A stretch of 64,000 nucleotides of DNA from Diadema antillarum (taxonomy: Eukaryota), in the NCBI RefSeq assembly GCF_040938485.1, contig NW_027271666.1:1736001-1800000 (forward strand). The letters are read 5' to 3'. The notes under the pieces are model-generated. The model saw nothing but the letters and a program-made list of their open reading frames with translations, ran no database searches and was not told the origin of the DNA. Positions 45,087 through 57,700 of the stretch are shown piece after piece. Positions within the stretch are counted from its first letter, which is position 1; every line of letters starts with the position of its first letter. A program made the translations under genes and the position numbers.

Positions 45087-48000
45087 AGCCACGACCCACC
45101 CTGTAACAACATATCCCCCTAACCGTTAGGCGTTAGAGTGTAGCCTCTGTACTACTACCAAAGATTCTGCTATTACTACTTACTAGTCTACTAGACCTAG
45201 AGCCGTAGTGGTAATAGTACTACTACTAGCAGTGTTAGTAGTAGTACTAGTAGACTACTACTACCGGTACTAGTAGACTACTATAACTACTAGTAGACTG
45301 CTACTAGATCTACTACTAGACTAAGTACTACTGGTAGTTTATATTGTAAGCGCCGGCCGACGGGCCAGGCCACGGCCGGGACGCTCCCGCTTGCTTGCTG
45401 CGGCCGGAGTAGCCGCTCACTTTGTGAGCGAGCTGGGCCTGTTCTTCTACTTACTAGACAAACAGTTACAACTTACAATGTCAATCATGTAGAATACAGT
45501 ATATCCTTTCTAACGTTAAACTATATGGGGGCATACCAGACATACCACTCTGTATTTCCCAGGCGATCGTTTCCGTGAGGTCTATTCTCGGGCTTGGTGC
45601 CATGTTCATACGCTCTTGCACTGGCAGCGGGGGAGATGCAGCTGGTTCATATCGGTATTAAAGGTGCAGCCCCACGATAACGTTCTGGTTCATCGGTTGC
45701 CTCTCCCTCCCCATCTTCCCCTTCAACTTCATGTGCCTCCTCTTCTTCTCCGCTATCGTCAGAGCTGCAGTCTTCATCATCATCATCGATGTCGAAGTTA
45801 ACCCATATAGGGGAAGACATTATGCTCGAGGTACCAGGTATCTGTGCAAGCTAACTTAGTGATAATGTACGTGGTAATGCGTACATGTCGACAGTCAGTG
45901 GGTCGATGGGGAGCGCACATCCCGCGGGGCCCGGGCCTGGCCGGGCTAGCTATCGTGTACGCGCGTGTACCAAGCTACAGTAGTAATCTGAGTGCTTGTG
46001 CTGAGCGGCGTCTGCTAACTGAGCACAACTCCGTGCTTATACGTCATCAATCGGTTCAGGGGTGTTGGTCACGTGACTATCTTTTTCGCAAAAGCTGCAA
46101 CGGGGTCCTCCAAAAATGTGATATTTGGGGGAGTTTCTAGAAGCGATAAAAACCGGAACGACACTGACAACCTATTTACATTGATAATCATACATATATT
46201 TTACATTTCTTTTGCATATTAAAACATTTTGCAAGCATTTTATTAGGTCTTTAAGACGGCACAGATTGGGGCATGGCGCGTGTTAAACCTATGGGAAAAA
46301 CGTNNNNNNNNNNNNNNNNNNNNNNNNNNNNNNNNNNNNNNNNNNNNNNNNNNNNNNNNNNNNNNNNNNNNNNNNNNNNNNNNNNNNNNNNNNNNNNNNN
46401 NNNNNNNNNNNNNNNNNNNNNNNNNNNNNNNNNNNNNNNNNNNNAAATTTTTAGTTTCCCCAATCTGTGCCGTCTAAAAAAAACACGCGGCCTGGCGTAG
46501 CAGCAGCGAGCGGCAGCGCAGCGACACTTGTGTTCAGCGCGGCGACGACGTACCGTACACAGATCTAATAGCTGTACACTGACTTGTGAGTTGTATCATC
46601 AGCAGGGCCCTGTTTTAATGAAGAGTAATTGACTAGTCTATATAAAGTTGATTGCTATGATAAGTCTGTGGCAGGCTGTGTGTTAAGGAAATTTAAAATT
46701 GATTTTATCTTTTGATAAAACAGGGCCCAGGGAGGTGGAACCCACGTCGTCGATCTAAAAGATGGGTGGTCGACGAGGAATAGACTTACTAACTGAACTG
46801 TTATAACGTGTTCTAGGGCTTTCTATAGCTCAGTCGGTAGAGCACCGGTCTAGCAATCCGGAGGTCTCGGGTTCGAATCCCGATGGAATCCCATTTTCTT
46901 TGCTCACTTTTCCACTAATAATTTATATTCTTTCTGGTCAGTTTATTCTGTCTTTATTTGTTACAAACTCAAAAAGCTGCATCACTTCGGTGATCCCTCG
47001 CATTTATCCCCAAGTTGAATTATCCTTCGGGTTTATGCCAGGTTCAAGTGTGTGCGTGTGTGTCACACACAAACACACTGCTATAGCTTCTGACCACCCG
47101 AGCATTGAGAATTAAGGGTTTCTGGGACGAACACTGCACTAGGGCTTTCTATAGCTCAGTCGGTAGAGCACCGGTCTAGCAATCCGGAGGTCTCGGGTTC
47201 GAATCCTGATGGAATCCCATTTTCTTTGCTCACTTTTCCACTAATAATTTATATTCTTTCTGGTCAGTTTATTCTGTCTTTATTTGTTACAAACTCAAAA
47301 AGCTGCATCACTTCGGTGATCCCTCGCATTTATCCCCAAGTTGAATTATCCTTCGGGTTTATGCCAGGTTCAAGTGTGTGCGTGTGTGTCACACACAAAC
47401 ACACTGCTATAGCTTCTGACCACCCGAGCATTGAGAATTAAGGGTTTCTGGGACGAACACTGCACTAGGGCTTTCTATAGCTCAGTCGGTAGAGCACCGG
47501 TCTAGCAATCCGGAGGTCTCGGGTTCGAATCCCGATGGAATCCCATTTTCTTTGCTCACTTTTCCACTAATAATTTATATTCTTTCTGGTCAGTTTATTC
47601 TGTCTTTATTTGTTACAAACTCAAAAAGCTGCATCACTTCGGTGATCCCTCGCATTTATCCCCAAGTTGAATTATCCTTCGGGTTTATGCCAGGTTCAAG
47701 TGTGTGCGTGTGTGTCACACACAAACACACTGCTATAGCTTCTGACCACCCGAGCATTGAGAATTAAGGGTTTCTGGGACGAACACTGCACTAGGGCTTT
47801 CTATAGCTCAGTCGGTAGAGCACCGGTCTAGCAATCCGGAGGTCTCGGGTTCGAATCCCGATGGAATCCCATTTTCTTTGCTCACTTTTCCACTAATAAT
47901 TTATATTCTTTCTGGTCAGTTTATTCTGTCTTTATTTGTTACAAACTCAAAAAGCTGCATCACTTCGGTGATCCCTCGCATTTATCCCCAAGTTGAATTA

Positions 48001-51000
48001 TCCTTCGGGTTTATGCCAGGTTCAAGTGTGTGCGTGTGTGTCACACACAAACACACTGCTATAGCTTCTGACCACCCGAGCATTGAGAATTAAGGGTTTC
48101 TGGGACGAACACTGCACTAGGGCTTTCTATAGCTCAGTCGGTAGAGCACCGGTCTAGCAATCCGGAGGTCTCGGGTTCGAATCCCGATGGAATCCCATTT
48201 TCTTTGCTCACTTTTCCACTAATAATTTATATTCTTTCTGGTCAGTTTATTCTGTCTTTATTTGTTACAAACTCAAAAAGCTGCATCACTTCGGTGATCC
48301 CTCGCATTTATCCCCAAGTTGAATTATCCTTCGGGTTTATGCCAGGTTCAAGTGTGTGCGTGTGTGTCACACACAAACACACTGCTATAGCTTCTGACCA
48401 CCCGAGCATTGAGAATTAAGGGTTTCTGGGACGAACACTGCACTAGGGCTTTCTATAGCTCAGTCGGTAGAGCACCGGTCTAGCAATCCGGAGGTCTCGG
48501 GTTCGAATCCCGATGGAATCCCATTTTCTTTGCTCACTTTTCCACTAGAAATTAATAGAATTTAGAAAGGCAATGATTTGTTATGTCTTTTTTGTCCCCA
48601 AATTATTCCTCAAAATCATGAGAGAAATGTCAATTTTGAATTAGGCCTATGCTAACTTCAATCACTTTGTTTACATTCATTTAATATCCAGGTGGTGGAC
48701 TAGCAGTTGGTACTGTTCTCCTTGTGGGTAAGTGATGTCATGAAATAATAAATAAAATGTTCAATGTTCAATGTGCAATGTTCAGGTTCATTGTCAAGAA
48801 GAAGAAGGACTAAGGAGGAGGAGGGGAAACATATAAGACACAAGTTTGTTAAAACTTTCAAAGATAAATAAAATGTCATTAACAACGGAAGAAGTGCAAT
48901 GTCATAAAAGAAGGAGGAGGAGGAGCACATGAGATACGTGTACTTGATAAAACTTTGAAAAATTAGATGTCGAAAAACGGTAGACCAGCAGTGACTTTAC
49001 ATAAGAAAAACATCTAATGTAATGGCATTCTCTTTGGAGATCTGCAAATAGATGGTTGTCTGTATAGGCCTACTCCAATATGCAAAATGGCACATTGCAG
49101 ATTAATTTTTTAAGTAAAGATGACCTGTTGTCGTTATTGATTAGCTTTTCCATTGATATGGAATGTTCAATAGAGCATAAATTTTATTGCAGCATTAATT
49201 GATTTCAGACCTCCCAACTATTTTGAAGTTGCAGGAAAGAATCAGAATTTTAACCATTTTCAGCTCTTGTTTCAATAGGACTTTCCTATTTTTCTGGACA
49301 ATGTTTCTACACTTTTCAATTGGAACTGCTCTTTCTTTCCTACTCTTGATCCAAATCATCCCTATTTTTCAGTCAGAAAGATTGGGAGGTCTGTGATTAC
49401 CTGTATATTGCAACTAGTGACACAAAGAGGTAAATATGTATGTATTTTAATATAATAGTATGTTAATGATGAATGAATGAATGATATTATGAATGAAAAG
49501 GTATTTTTATTTGGCAACATCTCTTGCAGCCCTCAGGCTGAATTACAGATATTTTACATTAGTAAATGTGAGAACATAGGAATATGAAGAAAAATACAAG
49601 ATATTGAACAATAAATATCAGGGATACAATATTGCACATGGAGATGGAACCTCATAAGAATAGTCAAGTCATGTACCTCCACACATGTATCTATTCAAAA
49701 AAAGAAAAATCTTACAGATACTTGATTAAGAAAACATGCGAAAAACAAACAAATCAAATCAAACCAACGCCAGTACTGAAATCAGATGCATAACAATTTT
49801 GCTCACTGTACATGTATATAATGTACATAAAACCCACGAGAGTTGTAGGGCCTAGTGTGAAGTTGGAGAAAAGAGAGATAGAGAGAAAGAGAAAGGGAGG
49901 GAGTGGAGAGGGAGGGGGTGGAGAAAGGAAAACGTTTCATTGCGCGTTTCAGAACTGTTAATTGAGACCTAACACAAACTTCCGAATAAAATTCAGAATT
50001 GTATACATATCAATAATTATTACACTGAAAATAATACTATACACTTCGTTTACATTGATAATGATAATGTAAGGCAGTGAGCAAAAGATACAAATATGTA
50101 TATTTTTACCAAAGAGAGAGGGAGAGGCGTGGAAAGACATGGATAAAGAGAAAAATAGATAGAACGCTAAAATGTTTTCATTTCTTTGCTCTGTCCAATT
50201 CCAGAGGAAGACACATTTGGCAGCTATGCCAATTTACTGCTCCGCTATTTTCTGGCTGAAGGCATAATGAGTGGCCATGGACTGATGGTAGCTAGTGCAG
50301 AGGAGCAGCCAAAAAAGTTGCTGAAGGTAAAGTCATTTGCTTTGCATGCAGCAAATGGAAACTTCTGACATTTTCACCTTGCAAACGTATATTTCTATGT
50401 GTGTAAGTGTTGTTCACACACACCCTGAATTTAACGTTTTTGAAACTCTAGTTTAACAATGCAATTCAAAAAACATTAATTTGTGTTCAGGGACACACAC
50501 AACAAAAGTGTTAATTATTGCGATCCATGTCATGATCCAAATATTGACTTCACTTATTATTTTTTCAATTCTTTTTAAACATTGTAACAATTTTCCCTGA
50601 GCGATGTATGTGAGCAGTATGTGAAGAGAAACTTAAGTCTTTTTAATCCCACAGTACAATGTGCCACAATAGGTCCATACACATAGAAGCCAGGGGTCAC
50701 ATTCTTGTCACTGTTGATTTTTGTTGTTGTTGAAACATCTAAATAAACTTGACTTTGACATTGTGATGCAAAAAACGTTAATTCATGAATGGTGGATGCG
50801 GCTATAGTCTTTCACTTCATAAGCATGATGTTTACCATTCTATGTGATTTTTTATTTTCATCATTGAGGATTATAGTCGACACTTTCGAATCCCCAAATA
50901 GGTTTAATATTGATAGAGAATATAGGCCCTTATTAGTATTATATGAGCTTGGCATTGTAATGCAACAATAGGGGATAATTCTGGAGGATCTGCAAGTATT

Positions 51001-54000
51001 GACTTCTTTGAATGATGCAAAAGTCTTCCTAACATGTTTTATTTTTGATAGAGGTTACCACGCCCTCTAGAGGATGACCAGAACCAGGCTAGTGGAGGCA
51101 AGTCAAACCCCTCGGCTCAGGGTGAACGAACTCCAGCAGGGACAGGGGAGCAGATGAAAATTGCGTGGAGATATCAACATCTTCCACAGCACCAGGTTAG
51201 TAACTTACTTGAGATGTTTACGGAACTTATAAACTGTAGATTTATTCAAATTAACAAAACTCTTGTGCCAGGTTGTTTACATTGCAACTGATTAACAAAT
51301 TGCCCTACATTGATGTAAGTAGGCACAGAATTAATTAGTGTTTTATTCAAATTAAGGAAATGCGTGTGTCAGGATGTTTTTACTGCAACTGACTTACAAA
51401 TTGCCCTATGTAGCTACAAGTAAAACACTGATTGATGCTGTGCTTATTTATATCGATGTTGGGCAATTAAGAGTTTATTCCATATGTTGAATGATTTTGT
51501 GTTCTCATCTTCAAAGAACAGCAAGACCAAAAAGACTATAAAAGGACACACTGAAGTAAAGAAGGCTTGATCTGTTTTCGTCAGATGTATACCAAGGCCA
51601 TGCGGCATGGTTTCCTCTTTATGGAACAAGGCATAGATATTATATGGACCTTGACTTTCATCAAGTCACACATGTAGTTTGTTTCACTGTGGTGTTTGGT
51701 GTCAGACCTACATGTCTTCATTTTTATGTGACAGGGCCAATATTTTGATATGATGCACGATTGTAGAAATGATGCTTCCATGGTTTTCTGCATTTGACAT
51801 TCTTGTCAGATTGTGGATCCCTCGAACCAGTTCGGGCACAGCTACGATGTCAGTCGGACCATGGAGGAAGGGAGGTTGGGGGCGGCAAACTGCGCCTGCT
51901 TCCACCTCCAGACGGGACTAGGCCAAGCAACGGACTCCGAGTGAGCGTTTATCTCTTCCTCTTTAAAGGGGAAATCTAGTCCAAAAATAAGTTGAGTCTG
52001 ATAAAAAAAAAGAGTAAAACCTTACAAATTTAACTGTAAGACTTTGACTGAAATCGGATGAAAAATAAGGAAGTTATGAAATTTTGAAGTTTTGCTTATA
52101 TCTGCAAAACAGTTCTTGTACAGTGGATATGAATCTATATGCAAATGAGTGAGCTGACCATGTCATACCCTCACAATTTTCCATTGATCGTGTATAAAAA
52201 ATGACAAAAATTCAATGTTTCTGTCATGGAAGTCTAAAACATTAATAACTTTATAATAGTGATCACTTAGATATACCAGGATTTGAGCCTCAGGCATAAT
52301 TGGGTTTGAATGAAAAGCTAGAAATTCCAAAATTTTATGTACAAACTATATGGCAAGTTGTGAGGGTATGACATGCTCACTTTGGCATTTGCATATTCAT
52401 ATTGACCGTTCAAGAACTGTTTCCTGAAAAATAAGCGAAACTTCAAAATGTCATAACTTCCTTATTTTTCACCCGATTTCGATCAAGATTTACTGTTGAA
52501 CTCGTAATATTTTACTCCTTTTTATCAGACTAACTTATATTTGGACTGGATTTCCCCTTTAATACTGCCAGCCAGCCTGTCTAGGTGTCTACATCGGTGA
52601 CACAACATTTGCTCCTGCAAAAATTGCTGCGGTGGTATTTTCTAAAAAGGACTTAGTGTTAGGAATTTGATAGGATTTTAGGTTTAGTTTGATATGAGGA
52701 TTAGGATTAGGGATAGGGTTATATTTGTGGATAGAATTTATAACTGGCTTAGTGTGCAGAAATTTCATGGGAGCAATTGTCGCAGGAGCAAATGTCATGG
52801 AGCCATCTTAGATCATACAGTGCCGGCAGACCTTGGAGAGATTCTAGTAATCATGCCAAATTTATCAGTCGATTCTACTTTGTTCCTCATAGATTGCATT
52901 CTCTGTCAGCCTTGACAGTATGAGCAATGTAACAGCTTAGGACTGTAAGCCATCGAGGCAGTGCAGTGTAAACTGGATTTTATACCCCCCTCCAATAAAA
53001 AATTGTCGTACAGATTGACATAACCAACCCAACCCTAAAATATCCCAGACACTGCTTTTTGAGGGGTTGTTTTTGTCCCCGCCGAATGAGTTCGAGCAGG
53101 GGACTATGAAACGGGCTCCGTACGTGTGTGTGTCCATGTGTCCGTGCGTCCGTGTGTCCGTGTGTGCGTCCGTGTGTGCGTCCGTGTGTGATCAGTCTTC
53201 AATTTGCTACTTCTCTGTCATTTATGAGCCAATTTTGATTCTGTTTGCTTTATATGATAGCACTACATGGGAGCTTTGAAACTTCTACATAGAATTTCAG
53301 TTGTGACCTTTGACCTTGACCTTTGACCTATATTTTACATTTTGCTACAAAATGCTACTCCTTCGCCATTTCTAACCCAATTTCGATTCCATTTGCTTTA
53401 TGTGATGGCACTAGGTGAGGGCTTCAAAACTTGTACACAGAATTTTGACCTTTGACTTTTTTGACCTTTGACCTTGATTTTTGACCTATATTGTACATTT
53501 TGCTACAAAATGCTACTCCTTCGCCATTTCTAACCCGATTTCGATTCTGTTTGCTTTATGTGATGGCACTAGGTGACGGCTTCAAAACTTGTACGCAGAA
53601 TTTTGATCTTTGACTTCTTTGACCTTTGACCTTGATTTTTGACCTATATTGTACATTGGCTACAATATGCTACTCCTTTGCCATTTCTAAGCCGATTTCG
53701 ATTCCGTTTGCTTTATGTGATGGCACTAGGTGAGGGCTTCAAAACTTCTACACAGAATGTTGACCTTTGACTTCTTTGACCTTTGACCTTGATTTTTGAC
53801 CTATGTTGTACTTTGGTTACAAAATGCTACTCCTTCGCCATTTCTAACCCGATTTCGATTCCGTTTGCTTTATGTGATGGCACTAGGTGAGGGCTTCAAA
53901 ACTTGTACACAGAATTTTGACCTTTGACTTCTTTGACCTTGATTTTTTACCTATATTTTACATTGGCTACAAAATGCTACTCCTTCGCCATTTCTAACCC

Positions 54001-54688
54001 GATTTCGATTCCGTTTGCTTTATGTGATGGCACTAGGTGAGGGCTTCGAAACTTCTATACAGAATTTTGACCTTTGACTTCTTTGACCTTTGACCTTGAT
54101 TGTTGACCTGTATTGTACATTTTGTTTAAAAATGCTACTTCCGGCGGGGACATATATTACTCACCGCGTAATTTCTACTTTTCCTTGTTTTATTATATTT
54201 TGCTTATCGATATTGTTATAATCATGCTGCCTTCGCAACTTAATTTGCTGTGGAGAAAGCCCCAGGAGTATTGTGGACAGCTTCCCACCATGAAGTGTGT
54301 GAGTTGAGCAGTTTTAGTGAGAGTTGAACCGCTTTTTCCTTTTAGCACACATAATGCCACTTCTGTGGGTGATATCTACTCCAGTATTAAGAGAATACAA
54401 CATATATTCATTGATTCTCTTCTCTCAGATTTGAGGGCATTTCCCTGAACCCAGCCTACCGGAGTTTGTTTGGTGACCTGGAGAAGGCTATAGAGGAAGG
54501 TGGATACAGTCTCACCCCAGCTGCTGTCAAGGCACAGGTGATATTACAATGTTTTCCTAGAAATATTGTATTTTCTCAACAACAACAACAAAAAAAGAAT
54601 AACAATGGAACCCTCCACAATGATAACTTTGATAATAGTGAATCCATCCAAACAATGTCAAGTTACGAAACTGTAACTTATTTCCCAG

Positions 54689-54754
<66 letters not shown>

Positions 54755-57700
54755 TTGCTTCAGTGGTCAAAGAGATTTGAGGATCTTTGTAAAGCATGTC
54801 AGGAATCCCTTCCCTCCATGTCCTGTCCAGTTGTGTTCACACAGTAATATGCAGTTTCAAGAGCATCCAAGTGCTTAACTTGAAAGAAACAGACCCATGA
54901 CATGCTTTACAACAATCCACATTTCTCTGTGACCACTGAACCAAATTGAATGGGGTTTTCTGCAAAATATTCGTAAGATGAACATTATATTCTAGACCCC
55001 GAAATAGCATTCAGACTGTTCAATCATACTGAAAGTTATCAATGCAGAAGTCTGATATTGTATTTTTTTTTTGGATGTGCTGTACAGTCAATTCTGTCTA
55101 TAGCAGCCACTTAGGGAGGTGAAAAGAGTGGCCTCTATATGCCACTATATTCAGGTTCTTTGACATTTTGTGTGAATCACATGCATATGTGTAAGCATGC
55201 CCATGTTTCATGGATTGAACAATGATTGATCACATTATTACACACTAGCGTGCTGACACCTAGCAAGCTTTTACGAGTGCATCACGGGCGGATCCAGGAA
55301 TTCCATAAAGAGGGGGTGCCTTTACAAAATCAAAGGGGGGTACATGCACCCCACTCCCATTTTTTCTTTTTATTTCTTTTGTTTTAACAAAAAACAAATT
55401 AAAGGAGGGGGATGCACGCGCCCAGTGCGTCCCTGCCTGGATCCGCCACTGCATCATTATGCCTGAATTAAGGCTGATTGCAACAGTGGCTATCATTGAA
55501 CTGTTCCTTGTGCATGACCAGGCACAGGTGAAAATTTGTCATGTGATTTATTTTCTGTTGACATCAGTCATTATTAAGATATAAGCAAAATTTACGAGAA
55601 GTTATGACAGCTGTTGCCAAACTAATTCTTAGTTTTTATCCTCAATCTCACCCTCAATAAACAGAGTAGCACAGATCGCAGTGTTTTACGGATTGGTCTC
55701 CACTCCCTGGCTTCTCCTCTGTGGGAGGTGGGCGGGAGCTCTGGTAGTCATGGCGATGGCCAGGCATGTGTAGATTTATGCAGATTTCTCCATGCTCTGC
55801 GGGGTCTCCTGAGAGTCTCATTGGCAGCATGTGTGGTTACCATGCCAACACACCTGTTCCAGGTATTATAATTAACTTGTTGTCTTTTTGTTTTGTTTTG
55901 TTTTTTGTTTTTAGAAGTAGGAAGCACAAGTTTGAAATTAATCAAACTTTAATTTAAGTTAAATTCATTTGAAATTAATCAAACTTTAATTTAAGTTAAA
56001 TTCATTTGAAATCAAACATTCTATTTATATATCTTTATATCAAATTTCAGCACCTTTTTTTGCTACATTAATGAAATTTAGTTACAGTTGACTACCATTA
56101 CAACAAACACTGTTATAATGGGACTCTTGTTACAATGAAGTGAAAATTCAGGTCCCAAGATTTTATGTATATATCTTTATATTATTTATTGTTCTGCTCC
56201 TAACAAATTTTCAGTGTAACGAAAGAAAACTGCCAGTCCTGGGGACTTTGTTATAACAGGAGCCACCTTTATTAGGATTTGTTTTAAAAGTAAAGGCAAT
56301 AAAGCATGTACGCACATACCAAACAAAAGCCCAAATATGAATACCAGGTAGTCGTTGTAGATGTATTGAAATCCTGATGGATTTGTAGGTGAGCATTCCA
56401 GAATCATTCGGGGGTATTTGAAGTCACATTGGTTTTAATCATGAATATCAAATTTGATCAATATGTTATTATTATTATTATTATTATTATTTATTCGGCA
56501 ATTCAATATACAATGTACAAATGTTCAGATATGTTCTTCCTTAATGATTATTTTGAAGGGATGGTAGGCCTATAGTTTTGGTTGAGATGGGGATTCAGGT
56601 TTTGACTTTCTGTGAGATAATTAGAAACTATGTATATGAAATATTCAAGAACCTACTCTTCTATTTGTAAAGGAATTCAGAGTTTATTTGATGAAAATTT
56701 GAAATGGCCGAGATATTAAAAAACGAAGATGTCTATTAAAAGGTTTGACCCACCTTTTATTAAGACCGCTTTATTTGGCTTTGTTTTGAATATCATTTAG
56801 AAGTGTGTGCTCTTTAATATTTTGAAGTGGTTTCTAATTATCCCGCAAAAGTTAAAACATAAATCCTCATCTCAACCAAAACTATACCATCCCTTTTAAA
56901 AGCAATTGAATATTACTTCAAATTTTATGGGATGCAATGTGTGTAGCAGTTTGTCTAATGTGTCTAATTTGGAGAAGACAGTTCCTTACCTCAATATTCA
57001 GGTATTTCAAATAATGAAGATTCAACCTTTAACATCATTGAATGAAGCATCGGCATGAAATTTATGAATTTCAATGGGCAAGGAAGAAGATTTATGGTCA
57101 ATTTGCATAATTACATCACAATACAGTGAGAAAATATTGACTGGTCATTATTTGTGGATATTGCCCCGAAGGGTTTGTGTTCTGAGGGTGTACTGCTCTC
57201 CTTGCTCTCAGTTTGTCCTTGTAGCCTTTTTGTCAGCCTTGAATGGTTGTTATCTTCTTACTCTTTTTTTCCCTTTTCTCCTTCCCCCTCCCCCTCTCCC
57301 CTCCCCCCTCTCCCCATCCCTCCCCCCAAAGGATGGAAGCACAGTTCGGAAGGTAGAGAGGTTGTGTGACTCGGCAGTCCTGCTGGAATCATTCGCTGGT
57401 TCTGACATGGAGACCAACCCTGCCTACAAGGAATATCATGGTAATATAAGAAGGTTCTTGAATGGGAGTGTCAATGTTCCAACTTACCCCAAATTGCTAG
57501 AATATGAATGCCTCTGAATCCCATACTACCCTCCCCACCACCCCATATTCATCTATTCCAAGGTCCTTGTGGTAACTATGTCAAAATATTTCATCCAGTT
57601 ACATATACCTCAGTTCAACAATGTACAAAAGATCAGTTAATTTCTATCATGGACTAAACCCTTGGACTGCCATGCTGTGGTTGACTGTATTACAATACCT

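Larger units (their letters stand above)
46813..48548 (+). repeat. Tandem array, 326-bp period: six tRNA-like heads separated by five identical spacers
   Basis: Heads at 46816, 47142, 47468, 47794, 48120 and 48446. The only difference I noticed is C>T at 47207. Confidence 0.96.

Noticed and set aside
46900-48419. Five identical 71-aa ORFs (MLTFPLIIY...)
   Set aside because: They start at TTG within the repeat unit and are a by-product of the 326-bp tandem duplication, with no coding evidence.
46816-48523. Calling the six heads functional tRNA-Ala(AGC) genes
   Set aside because: The acceptor stem is mismatched, G3:U70 is absent, and the body resembles Lys/Thr tRNAs. They are kept only as tRNA-like.
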